Below the pieces are notes generated by a model, which was not told the DNA's origin, did not search any database, and saw only the letters and a list, made by a program, of their open reading frames with translations. A program made the position numbers and the translations under genes. From assembly GCA_038143085.1 (NCBI GenBank), contig JAYQLG010000006.1, positions 128,113-192,112 of the forward strand: DNA of 64,000 nt, given 5' to 3'. Below, piece by piece: positions 46,646-55,985 of the stretch; position 1 is the stretch's first letter, and each line of letters begins with the position of its first letter. This DNA comes from Halieaceae bacterium. GTDB taxonomy: Bacteria > Pseudomonadota > Gammaproteobacteria > Pseudomonadales > Halieaceae.

Positions 46646-47467
46646 ATGACACTTGTTGTATTTGACATGGATGGAACACTGCTCGATGCCCAGTCGAAGA
46701 TTTCGCCCTTTACCAGTGAAACCCTGTCGCTCATGCGCCAGAATGGCATTGCCTACACCGTGGCCACTGGACGCACGCTTCAAGCCGCCTTGTCACCGCT
46801 CGCCGACGATAGCTTCAACCGCTCACTCGTCCTGAAGAACGGCGCCGTCATCTGGGAACCTGAGCTTCAAAGCTACAGTCACCATCACTTGCTGACCCCA
46901 ACTGAAGTCAGCGATGTACTTGGAGCCTTTGTTGCCCAGGACCTTACACCTTTTGTCTTCTCTCTCGAGGATGGCGATCACCACTCGGTCTACCACGCGC
47001 CACTCCGGGATGACTTTGAAAAGAAGCTCGCCAATTTATTCGAGAGTGAGCGAGAGCTGCCATTGCAGCCCCTGACAACCATGCCCACAAATGCACACGT
47101 CATCAATGTGTCTGCTATGGGCCCTCTTGAGCAAATTGAGCCTGTCATTGAATTTGTATCGCACCAACCACACTTGGTCGCCTACTCCGGGATGGCGATT
47201 CGCGACAAGGGGCTCGCGTGGCTCGATGTCCACCACAGCCAAGGATCCAAGGCCAACGGCGTGAAGCATGTGGCTGAACGAAGTGGCTTTGAGGAAGTGA
47301 TTGCTTTTGGCGATGGTGACAATGACATCAGCATGTTTGAGTTTGCAACCGAATCCTACGCGATGGACAACGCTGACGAGGAACTGAAAGATATAGCCAC
47401 GCAGGTCATTGGCCATCACGACGAGGATGGTGTGGCCCGTTTCCTCCGAGATAGATTCAACCTGTGA
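46646..47467 (+). CDS. Cof-type HAD-IIB phosphatase
   Basis: FDMDGTLL, VATGR, NGA, SK, FGDGDNDISM. Confidence 0.9.
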   Translation: MTLVVFDMDGTLLDAQSKISPFTSETLSLMRQNGIAYTVATGRTLQAALSPLADDSFNRSLVLKNGAVIWEPELQSYSHHHLLTPTEVSDVLGAFVAQDLTPFVFSLEDGDHHSVYHAPLRDDFEKKLANLFESERELPLQPLTTMPTNAHVINVSAMGPLEQIEPVIEFVSHQPHLVAYSGMAIRDKGLAWLDVHHSQGSKANGVKHVAERSGFEEVIAFGDGDNDISMFEFATESYAMDNADEELKDIATQVIGHHDEDGVARFLRDRFNL

Positions 47468-47483
47468 GCCAAAGCCCAACAGT

Positions 47484-48404
47484 ATGAGCAGTAAACTGAC
47501 TGGACGCCGTATGACCATTCTTCTATTTCTCAGCCTGGTCTTTATCTTTGGTATCGGCATGCCCTGGCTGGGACTCAAATCGGGATCGGAGCCTGTTGTT
47601 GATGCACCGCTCAGCAACGACATAGAACAGGTTGTCTTCGAGAGTGACAAGCTTCGGCTCGAGGGGTGGTGGATGCCCGCGGAGAATCCGCGCGCCACGC
47701 TGCTCTTTGTTCATGGTGCGGGATCAAGCCGCGTATCGCCCTTTTTCAATACGCTCGGCTTTTACGACAGCCTTCAAAAAGCGGGGGTTTCTGTTTTTAC
47801 CTTCGATCAACGCAATCACGGCAACTCGGAGTACACCGATGGCTACCTTCGCATGGGCGCAACGGAGCACCGCGATGTGCTTGCAGCAGGTGAGTGGTTG
47901 AGGGGAAGAACGGATAACGACACCCCAATTATTATTTGTGGTCTCTCTATGGGGGGCGCCACCTCAATCTATGCGCTCGCTACAGGCATGCAGGCGGAGG
48001 GGTTATTGTTGTTTGATCCCATGCTCAATACCCGTGATTCGCTCGAACGGGGGGGCTGGGTTGGTTATGGGCTGCCGTCCGTCCTATTTCGCCCTATGGC
48101 ATATTTAGCGCCTCTTTTTTGGGGCTTACCCCATGGTGACTCCGATGCTTTGGAGGTAGCAAAGACGCTAGATCTGCCGATCGCCATTGTTCAAAACAAA
48201 ACCGACCCTATTACACGGTCAATCTGGAGCGAAGAATTAGCCAATTCCTCCGACTCCGCGACGATTGCGTTCGTGCCTCGCATAGACCCAAGCGATCCAT
48301 GTATGGCTGATAAGGGTCGCTGGGGAACGCACGCGTCGTCATTCCATTGCCATCCCGACTGGACGATTGAGCAAGTCGAAAACCTCATTGCGCGGCTGCG
48401 TTAA
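47484..48404 (+). CDS. Membrane-anchored alpha/beta hydrolase
   Basis: N-terminal TM, FVHG, FDQRNHGNS, nucleophile elbow GLSMGG. Start uncertain (47484 or 47511). Confidence 0.8.
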   Translation: MSSKLTGRRMTILLFLSLVFIFGIGMPWLGLKSGSEPVVDAPLSNDIEQVVFESDKLRLEGWWMPAENPRATLLFVHGAGSSRVSPFFNTLGFYDSLQKAGVSVFTFDQRNHGNSEYTDGYLRMGATEHRDVLAAGEWLRGRTDNDTPIIICGLSMGGATSIYALATGMQAEGLLLFDPMLNTRDSLERGGWVGYGLPSVLFRPMAYLAPLFWGLPHGDSDALEVAKTLDLPIAIVQNKTDPITRSIWSEELANSSDSATIAFVPRIDPSDPCMADKGRWGTHASSFHCHPDWTIEQVENLIARLR

Positions 48405-48512
48405 AGTCGTGCCTAGCATGCTAGGTGGACAGCTGCGCGACGCTCTCCAGTGCGATTAATCCAAAATTCAGTATTTTGCTTATACTTCTCTGAAATCACT
48501 AAGGGATCCCCC

Positions 48513-49055
48513 ATGAAAAACAACGTTATTGCACTCATCGCAGGTCTCGGTCTCTCGAGCGGAGCCCTCGCATGCCCCGAGTTTCTCGATACGGAGATGC
48601 GAAAGCTAAGCTCCAAAGAGACCATTAATTTTTGCGAAAGCTATGCTGGCAAGCCGATGCTTATCGTGAATACAGCCAGTAACTGCGGCTACACGCCACA
48701 GTTTTCAGGCCTTGAGTCCCTGCATCAGGAGTACAAGGACAAAGGCCTTGTTGTAGTTGGGTTTTCGTCGGACGATTTCTTCCAAGAAGAAAACGACGAG
48801 GCTGATGCGGCAACCGTATGCTTCGAGAAGTACGACGTTTCATTCCCGGTCATGGCAACAACATCGGTGCGCGGTCGCAATGCAAACCCCGTGTTCAAGG
48901 GACTTGGAGAAGCACAGGGTTACCCACGTTGGAACTTCAACAAGTATGTTGTTTCAGCAGAGGGTGAAGTGGTTGCTAAATTTGGATCGAGTGTAGGTCC
49001 CGACAGCGACGAGTTGCTCAACCTCATCGACGAGGTAACTGTCGGCGGGGAGTAA
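48513..49055 (+). CDS. Glutathione peroxidase family protein (Cys type) with signal peptide
   Basis: VNTASNCGYTPQ, GFSSDDF.QE, PRWNFNKY. Confidence 0.9.
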   Translation: MKNNVIALIAGLGLSSGALACPEFLDTEMRKLSSKETINFCESYAGKPMLIVNTASNCGYTPQFSGLESLHQEYKDKGLVVVGFSSDDFFQEENDEADAATVCFEKYDVSFPVMATTSVRGRNANPVFKGLGEAQGYPRWNFNKYVVSAEGEVVAKFGSSVGPDSDELLNLIDEVTVGGE

Positions 49056-49065
49056 CTAACGCTCC

Positions 49066-49359
49066 ATGCGAAAGCAGAAAGAGGCATCCCCCTGCGCTTG
49101 CTGTCAGCGGCTGGTGCCTCTTACTTTTCATCACCTCATCCCCCGCAAAATGCACCGCCGTAAGGGCTTCCGACGGCGTTTTAGCAAAGATGAACTCAAC
49201 ATCGGTGTTCACGTATGCCGAAAATGTCATCGCGGCATTCATGCGCTCTACGATGAACTAACGCTCGCAACCCGCTTTTATAATCTCGAGTTATTACTGA
49301 GTGACGAAACACTTGCCGGTCACTTCCGGTGGGTGGCTAAACAGCGAGAGACACTTTAA
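49066..49359 (+). CDS. Small HNH/zinc-finger protein (YisB-like)
   Basis: CACC, LTFHHLIP, VCRKCHRGIH; 97 aa, basic. Confidence 0.7.
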   Translation: MRKQKEASPCACCQRLVPLTFHHLIPRKMHRRKGFRRRFSKDELNIGVHVCRKCHRGIHALYDELTLATRFYNLELLLSDETLAGHFRWVAKQRETL

Positions 49360-49470
49360 TCACGTTGAGCGCAACAGCGTTTTGGGGTCGCACCAATACC
49401 TAAGGTTTGGAATCAGGTACAGGCCGGTGTAGACCGTTGACTGCCCGAACTGCTACAACAATTAATGATC

Positions 49471-50079
49471 CTACATTCGTGCCTGCAACCAGTCCCCCAC
49501 GCGAGAAAGCTCATCATCGATCGTTTGACTACCATCAATTACCAGATCGGCCTGAGGGCGCCATGGCGCTACAAACTGCGCAAACATAGGCTCAGCTCGA
49601 GTTTCCCAGAAATCGCGCACAGAGGCCTCTGAGCGGCCTCTCTGAAGGGCGTCTCGCTCAATACGTCGAGCAAGACAGAGTTCGAGCGGGGTATCGACAA
49701 AGATTGTGTAATCGACGAGTTCGCGCGTCGCAGGGTCAGACATGGCCAGAACACCCTCTAGAAGAATGATATCGGCTGGCGGCACCGACTGACTGAGCGC
49801 TGAGCGCGTGTGCTGGGTAAAGTCGTAAACAGGCGTCTGAACCTCTTCGCCCGACCTAAGCGATGCAAGATCGTCGACCAACCGCTCAAACTCGATCGCA
49901 TCAGGGTGGTCGAAGTTAATAGCGTCGCGGTCCTCGAAGCTGAGATGCGTCAAGTCACGGTAATAGTCGTCAACGCGCAAAACAGCGACCGTTACACCCA
50001 ACGTCTCGGGCGCCAGAGATGCGACCAGATGCGATTTACCGCTGCCAGACGCCCCTAGAATCGCTACGACAATCGACAC
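49471..50079 (-). CDS. udk: Uridine kinase
   Basis: GASGSGKS, DDYYRD, NFDHPDA, PVYDF..HTR, RRIERD..RGRS. Confidence 0.88.
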   Translation of the reverse strand: MSIVVAILGASGSGKSHLVASLAPETLGVTVAVLRVDDYYRDLTHLSFEDRDAINFDHPDAIEFERLVDDLASLRSGEEVQTPVYDFTQHTRSALSQSVPPADIILLEGVLAMSDPATRELVDYTIFVDTPLELCLARRIERDALQRGRSEASVRDFWETRAEPMFAQFVAPWRPQADLVIDGSQTIDDELSRVGDWLQARM

Positions 50080-50175
50080 TGTAGTGTGCTTCCCCGGATC
50101 ATACTCAAATGAAGACTACATACCCTCTTCATTCGGTTCTTTATTCATAATGTCTTAGCGACGCCTATTAGCTGT

Positions 50176-51939
50176 CTACAGAACCGACGCGCTACCGAAT
50201 TCATCTTCCAGCGCTTCGCGAATCGTCTTCCTCAAGGCTCGCACATCCGTTGCTGCACATTCACCGCCATTCCAACGTCGATAGGTGCCATAAGAAGGGT
50301 CACCCAGTGCAGTCGAGAGCTCCCAGGCCAATATGCATCGCTCTTGGGAGTTGAGCAGCGTGCTGTCGGCCACCTCGTTCAGAATTTCATCGATACTCGC
50401 CACGTCGGCCTCAAGTCGATGCTGATCTAACGAATCCAGCACCATGTAATGTGGGGCCATAGCGCTAAACGGCGCCCATGCATCGCCTTTCACCTCTCCC
50501 GGTGCACCGTCACGCGCAAAATTTGCCCACGCGGTCATCATAATATCTGTCATATCTCTTGCAGAATCCGTATCGGGATACATGTAAGAGCCGATTGGTC
50601 CGTACATGGCCTTACCTTGGATAAATGAGATCTCGCTCGCATGCGCTGCCCCTAACACCTCAGAAAAGTTGATCAGAAAACTGTCTTTTTGATCATTCCA
50701 GTCATAGCGATAGGCATACAAGGACTCGTAGCCCGCGGCCTCGAGTGACATCAGCGGTCGATCCACACCTTGTGCTTTCCAACCTTCTGAACGCTGACGG
50801 ACCCAGAACTTGTACATGTCCGGATTCTTTAAGGTCACCTTGGGCGGTAGCCATTTAGTTAGCGGATATGAGGCGTCAACGAAATAGCGGTTCAACCCAA
50901 TCCACAGCGTCACCTCCTCGTTGTTTGCGCCCGCCATGACAGGCACTGAAGGTTTGGCGTATTTGGGGTTACCCAAGGCAGCGGCAAAACCTTCGGTCGG
51001 GATGACGACCCCGTCGTTAATGATGCCGGGGGAGCTGTGGTCAGACGAAAGATCGTAGAACGTCGTAATGATGTCATCGGCGCTGACACCGCGTAACGAC
51101 TCCGCGGTCACGGTGTCGTTGGACAATCCAAGTGCCTCGGTAAACTCCCAGCTACCTCGGTCGATTTCAGCGAACTCTCGCTCCCGGTTGTGGGCTTGTC
51201 TGGGGCTTAGACTGCGCACATAACCCGACTGAGAGATAGCTTTGTGAAACAGCCCCTCGGACAGCGGGCTTGCAAGCAGCGTGAACACGTTGTGCCCACC
51301 CGCACTCTCACCAAAAATTGTGACGTTATCCGCGTCACCACCAAAGGCACCGATATTGCGCTTCACCCATCCGAGGGCAGCAATGATGTCCAGCGTACCG
51401 AAGTTGGCAATGGTGCCGGGGCCGCTCCCTAAGGCGGGGTGTGCGAACCACCCGAGTGGCCCCAATCGATAATTGATCGTAACCACGATCACGTTTTGCT
51501 CAGCAACAAAGCGAGAAAAGTCATAGGTGTTCTTATGCCCAGTGGTATTTCCACCCCCATGGATCCAAACCATGACGGGTAAGGGCTCAGTACCGGATGC
51601 GGGTGCCGTGACGTCGAGGTAAAGACAGTCTTCGGCACCGATCGCCGCATCACCCTCCACCCCACTTACACTGCCTGCTTGCTGAGGGCAGATTGCTGGT
51701 TCGGCTCGTCGTGAAATTAACTGAGACTTTGTATCAAGGGGTTCGGGCGCTCGCCAACGAAGATCGCCCACGGGCGGTTTGGCAAATGGGATGTCATACC
51801 ACTGAAGAACATCACCCTCCGCAACGTAGGCCTGGACCGACCCGGTATCGGTGACTACCGGTGCGTTGTCAGCTAACTTCTGCGGCGGCGACGCACAGCC
51901 CGCCAACACAATGACAATGGATAAAGTGAATAACCGCAT
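50176..51939 (-). CDS. Type-B carboxylesterase, lipoprotein
   Basis: Lipobox LAGC, EDCLYL, WIHGGG, FGESAGG, HASE. Confidence 0.88.
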   Translation of the reverse strand: MRLFTLSIVIVLAGCASPPQKLADNAPVVTDTGSVQAYVAEGDVLQWYDIPFAKPPVGDLRWRAPEPLDTKSQLISRRAEPAICPQQAGSVSGVEGDAAIGAEDCLYLDVTAPASGTEPLPVMVWIHGGGNTTGHKNTYDFSRFVAEQNVIVVTINYRLGPLGWFAHPALGSGPGTIANFGTLDIIAALGWVKRNIGAFGGDADNVTIFGESAGGHNVFTLLASPLSEGLFHKAISQSGYVRSLSPRQAHNREREFAEIDRGSWEFTEALGLSNDTVTAESLRGVSADDIITTFYDLSSDHSSPGIINDGVVIPTEGFAAALGNPKYAKPSVPVMAGANNEEVTLWIGLNRYFVDASYPLTKWLPPKVTLKNPDMYKFWVRQRSEGWKAQGVDRPLMSLEAAGYESLYAYRYDWNDQKDSFLINFSEVLGAAHASEISFIQGKAMYGPIGSYMYPDTDSARDMTDIMMTAWANFARDGAPGEVKGDAWAPFSAMAPHYMVLDSLDQHRLEADVASIDEILNEVADSTLLNSQERCILAWELSTALGDPSYGTYRRWNGGECAATDVRALRKTIREALEDEFGSASVL

Positions 51940-52002
51940 AAACCTGCCCCTGAACAACATGCGCCTTTCTAAACATGCCCCTTAAAAAACATGCCCCTCA
52001 AA
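51940..52002. repeat. Four degenerate 15-16-bp tandem repeats abutting the carboxylesterase start
   Basis: AAACCTGCCCCTGAA / CAACATGCGCCTTTCT / AAACATGCCCCTTAAA / AAACATGCCCCTCAAA. Confidence 0.85.
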
Positions 52003-52032
52003 AAAAAAGACCCGGCGTTGCCGGGTCGTTTT
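52000..52032 (-). terminator. Rho-independent terminator after the enoyl-CoA hydratase gene
   Basis: Minus strand GACCCGGC-AAC-GCCGGGTC followed by T9. Confidence 0.88.
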
Positions 52033-52043
52033 AACACGTCGCT

Positions 52044-52811
52044 TTAACGGCCTTTCCAGTTGGGCTTACGCTTCTCCGCAAACGCCGTCGCGCCTTCAAT
52101 CGCATCTTCGCTCGAGAAGACAGGGTTAACAATCGCCTGTTGCTTATCGAACATGTCGTCCTGCGACCAGTCAATCGACTCCTTGATTACCTGCTTACTG
52201 CGTTTAACCGCAAGCGGACCATTTTCCGCAATCTTTGCTGCGAGCGCCTTGGCTTGAACGAGTGCCTCACCCGCGGGCGCGATCTGGTTAATAAGGCCCA
52301 GACTCAACGCACGATCGGCATCCATGAAATCACCCGTCAACGCCATTTCCATCGCAACGCGGCTTGGAATCTGACGAGGCAATCTCACCAAACCACCGGC
52401 CGCAGCCGCCAGCCCACGTTTTACTTCGGGAATGCCGAACTTCGAATTGTCCGCCGCAACAATCAGGTCACAGGTGATAGCCAATTCACAGCCACCTGCC
52501 AAGGCGTAGCCCTCAACCGCGGCAATCAATGGCTTATCGGTAGACCGCTGGACCATGCCTGCGAACCCGCGTCCTTCAACATAGGGAGTCTCCCCTGTTA
52601 CGAAGGCCTTGAGGTCCATACCCGAGCAGAACGTGCCGCCCGCACCGGTGAGGATGACTACGTGGGTATTGTCGTCTGCGTCCAATGCGTCGAGCGCTGA
52701 GGCAATGCCCACGGCAACGTCTTTGTTCACCGCATTCTTTGCCTGAGGACGGTTGATCGTAATGGTCATGACGCCATCAGCAACTTCCGTTAAAACAGCT
52801 GGTTCACTCAT
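52044..52811 (-). CDS. Enoyl-CoA hydratase/isomerase (crotonase family)
   Basis: FCSGMDL, ALAGGCEL, FGIPEVKRGL (both catalytic Glu present). Confidence 0.92.
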   Translation of the reverse strand: MSEPAVLTEVADGVMTITINRPQAKNAVNKDVAVGIASALDALDADDNTHVVILTGAGGTFCSGMDLKAFVTGETPYVEGRGFAGMVQRSTDKPLIAAVEGYALAGGCELAITCDLIVAADNSKFGIPEVKRGLAAAAGGLVRLPRQIPSRVAMEMALTGDFMDADRALSLGLINQIAPAGEALVQAKALAAKIAENGPLAVKRSKQVIKESIDWSQDDMFDKQQAIVNPVFSSEDAIEGATAFAEKRKPNWKGR

Positions 52812-52841
52812 TATCTTTCTCCTTATGTGTCCGCTTTTTAA

Positions 52842-53615
52842 TTAGCGAGGCTGCATACGGATGCCGCCATCCATACGAATCGTCTCGCCGTTAATGTAAT
52901 CGTTATCGATAATCGCTGCAGCCAGCTTACCGATTTCTTCCGGTGTACCCAATCGTTGTGGGTACAACACGGCAGATGATAGTGAATCAATCGAATCCTG
53001 CGGCAGGCCTGCGAAGAGAGGCGTATTAATCATGCCGGGTGCAATCGTGTTTACACGGATACCAATCTTAGAGAGATCACGTGCAATCGGCAGTGTCATG
53101 CCGACGATCCCGCCCTTGGTAGCGCTATAAGCCGCCTGTCCCATCTGTCCTTCATAAGCTGCGACAGACGCTGTGTTGATGATGACACCGCGGCCCATGT
53201 ATTGATCCACAGGCTCATTGTGTTGCATACGGACCGCGCAGAGACGGATCACGTTGAAGGTTCCTGTCAAATTGACGGCAATAACCTTGTCCCAGAGTGC
53301 AAGCGGGAAAGCACCATCACGACCTACCGTGCGCGACGCATTGGCGATGCCGGCACAGTTGACGACGGCATAGATGGCACCAAACTTCTCGATGGCCGCA
53401 TCAATCCCAGCTTCGACGGTAGCTTCGTCGGCGACATTGACCTCGGCAAAAAGACAACGATCGGCACCCATTTCCTCGACCATAGCAGCGCCGGCCTCGG
53501 CGTTGAGATCAAAGATAATGACATTGCCACCGTCAGCAAAAATGCGCCGCGCAACTGCTTGTCCAATTCCCGATGCACCACCGGTAACAACGGCCGCTCT
53601 TCCTGAAATATCCAT
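52842..53615 (-). CDS. SDR, 3-hydroxyacyl-CoA dehydrogenase type II (HSD10-like)
   Basis: TGGASGIG, NCAG, YSATK, TLPIARDL, C-terminal GETIRMDGGIRM. Confidence 0.88.
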   Translation of the reverse strand: MDISGRAAVVTGGASGIGQAVARRIFADGGNVIIFDLNAEAGAAMVEEMGADRCLFAEVNVADEATVEAGIDAAIEKFGAIYAVVNCAGIANASRTVGRDGAFPLALWDKVIAVNLTGTFNVIRLCAVRMQHNEPVDQYMGRGVIINTASVAAYEGQMGQAAYSATKGGIVGMTLPIARDLSKIGIRVNTIAPGMINTPLFAGLPQDSIDSLSSAVLYPQRLGTPEEIGKLAAAIIDNDYINGETIRMDGGIRMQPR

Positions 53616-53642
53616 AACTTTCCTCTGTTTAATCTGTCCTCG

Positions 53643-55177
53643 TCAGACAAGTCCAACGACACAATGGGTGTTTTCACCGGAGGGCTCGATCGCGATCCTC
53701 TCCCCTATGGGCTCTCCCTGGGTGAACTTGTCATGAAGTTCACCCGGCTCGAGCAACGACGCCGCGATGACACGCTCACCTTCATCATTGATAGCGAGCA
53801 CAGCAAGCCACTGTCCCTCTGGAATCATTTTGACGGTGAAGGTCTCAACCACGGCGGAGCCGCTGAATTCTGAGGCAAGCGAGGCGCTATTTCCAGCTTC
53901 TTCAAACGCTTTTTCGGACGACAGCCAGCCACCACTTCCGGGAGTACAACTGTAGACGCCGACGGCATGCTTTGACATGTGACCGCCAAGTGCGCCCACA
54001 AGCACATGGTTGTATCGGCCTTCCTGAATAGCCGAAACTGCGGAGGCAATACCGTGCATAGAATAATTGTTTCCAGGCCCACCGAAGAAAGGCAGGCCAC
54101 CGGTCAAGCTCGTTGGGCGGTGGTCGTCAGTATCGATTCCCAGAGCTTCCATTGCCTCTATGACGGCAACGGGAAAACAGCTGTAAAGATCGAAGGCTTC
54201 GATATCGCTGACCGATAGCCCCGAGGATGCTACGGCATTATCGTAAGCCCATCTAAGCGCTGGCGAGGTCGATAAATCCGTGCGTTCAAGCAGTGCTTGC
54301 TCTGACGCCTCAGCAAAGCCTCGAAGGAATACGGCCTTGTCTGCAAGCCCCAATTCGGATGCCAGCTCGAAACTCATTACCAACACAGCGGCTGATTGAT
54401 TCACCCCATCCTTCGCCACCATCGATTTCAAATGGGGATCACCCACCACACGATTACGTCCAGAAACCAGGCAATTTCATCAGGCTCTGGCACCTTCTCG
54501 AACATCGTAAAGGGGTTGACCCTCGCCGCATTCGACAAAGGCGTTAAGACTTCACCAAGATACGTCAGGTAATCGGGGCGTGACATGCCGCGAACCGTTC
54601 GTTTGCAGTGCTCCATCAAAGGGTAGATATCAATGGGCGCAATGACTTTGTGGGCCGCTAAGGCTGGTACGAATTGATCTTCTAGGCCCATACTGTCATC
54701 GGATTGATCTCCCGCTGGGTTCTCTGACCAATCCAAAGTCTCGCCTGAGCGTTGATGAGCGCGCATGGTGCCGATAGCCTCTGCACCGCAGAGAACGATC
54801 GCGCGTGCTTCACCACTGGCAATCGCACGGCAAGCCTTAGCCGTGTATTGCTGGGGGCTCTGGCCTCCCGCCGTAGCGTAGTGTGCGGCGGCATGGTCGA
54901 GACCTGCTCGGGCCGCGACTGATCGAGCAAACTTGGTACTAAACCCGAAGGGCGCAAGCAGAGGCTTAATTCTGTCAGGTACCGAGTCAACAAAGGTGCG
55001 CATGACCACAACACGGTCAACATACGAGCCAATATCCGCAACCGCTGTCGATGCTAGCGTCTCAGACACTGCCTTGGCAGCCATGTCCGCAGGCCCGAGC
55101 TTTTCCCAATTTTCATCCAATCGATCAACAACTTGGCTGGCCGATACTAAGACAGGTGTATTACCTGCTACTTCCAT
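53643..55177 (-). pseudogene. Thiolase-like protein (acetyl-CoA acetyltransferase fold, extra C-terminal domain), split by a 1-nt deletion near 54469 (pseudogene or sequencing error)
   Basis: N-half 54428-55177 (GGQSPQ, GAEA) and C-half 53643-54449 (VNQSAA, DLYSCF, TGGLPFFGGPGNNYSMH). A -1 shift joins them as EIA-x-VSGRNRVVGDPHLKSM. Confidence 0.82.
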
Positions 55178-55902
55178 TACTCAGCTCCTTTGGCCGCTGC
55201 ACATATATTCCAAAAGGACTCGGCCGACAGTGACGCCCCACCCACCAAGAGTCCATCAATACCTGTCGCCTTGGTAAAGGCCGCACAGTTGTCAGGTTTG
55301 ACGCTACCGCCGTAAATCACGCGAAGCTCAGGATATCGATCCGCAAGCGCCGCTTTTATGTCGAGATGCATCTCGCTGGCGACATTGGCAGACGCTGCCT
55401 CGCCCGAGCCGATGGCCCACACTGGCTCGTAAGCAATAACAAGATCCTCAGTTAGGCCGTCACAACTGCTCAACACCTGATCTCTCACATACGAGTTTGC
55501 ATGACCCTCAGCGCGAATGTGGCTGGCCTCACCAACACAGACCACGGGGGTTAAGCCTGCCGCCTGGGCGCGCTTAGCCTTCTGCGCCACGATGACATTG
55601 GTCTCTCCCTGATTTTGGCGTCGCTCGGAGTGTCCGACGATCACATACTGACAACCAAAGTCCGTAAGCATGGATGCGGCCACCTCACCTGTGTGAGCGC
55701 CCTGGTCATTCTCTGAAACGTTTTGGGCGCACAAGGAAAGTTGGCTAAGCCCCTGAACCAGCGATAGGTAAGGCGCCGGCGGTGCGACAACGGCCTCGAT
55801 ACCGTCAATCGATGGCTTCGACTTCCACGTCGCTTTGAACGCCTCAATGCCATCGGCATCGATGGCCATTTTCCAGTTCGCAATGATTAGCGGTGTTATC
55901 AT
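55177..55902 (-). CDS. tpiA: Triosephosphate isomerase
   Basis: ANWKM, GHSERR, AYEPVWAIG, YGGSV, LVGGASL; all three catalytic residues present. Confidence 0.92.
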   Translation of the reverse strand: MITPLIIANWKMAIDADGIEAFKATWKSKPSIDGIEAVVAPPAPYLSLVQGLSQLSLCAQNVSENDQGAHTGEVAASMLTDFGCQYVIVGHSERRQNQGETNVIVAQKAKRAQAAGLTPVVCVGEASHIRAEGHANSYVRDQVLSSCDGLTEDLVIAYEPVWAIGSGEAASANVASEMHLDIKAALADRYPELRVIYGGSVKPDNCAAFTKATGIDGLLVGGASLSAESFWNICAAAKGAE

Positions 55903-55985
55903 TATGTCTGTCTCTTAACCGCGATATCGACCGTCTGGCCACAGCCAGAGTGTGAGTTGATCGGACCCGAAGGTGTACGCAAGAC

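Noticed and set aside
48513-49055. Possible selenoprotein glutathione peroxidase
   Set aside because: The active-site codon is TGC (Cys), with no in-frame TGA.
51940-52002. Mini CRISPR array
   Set aside because: The units are contiguous 15-16-mers without spacers, and no cas genes are nearby.
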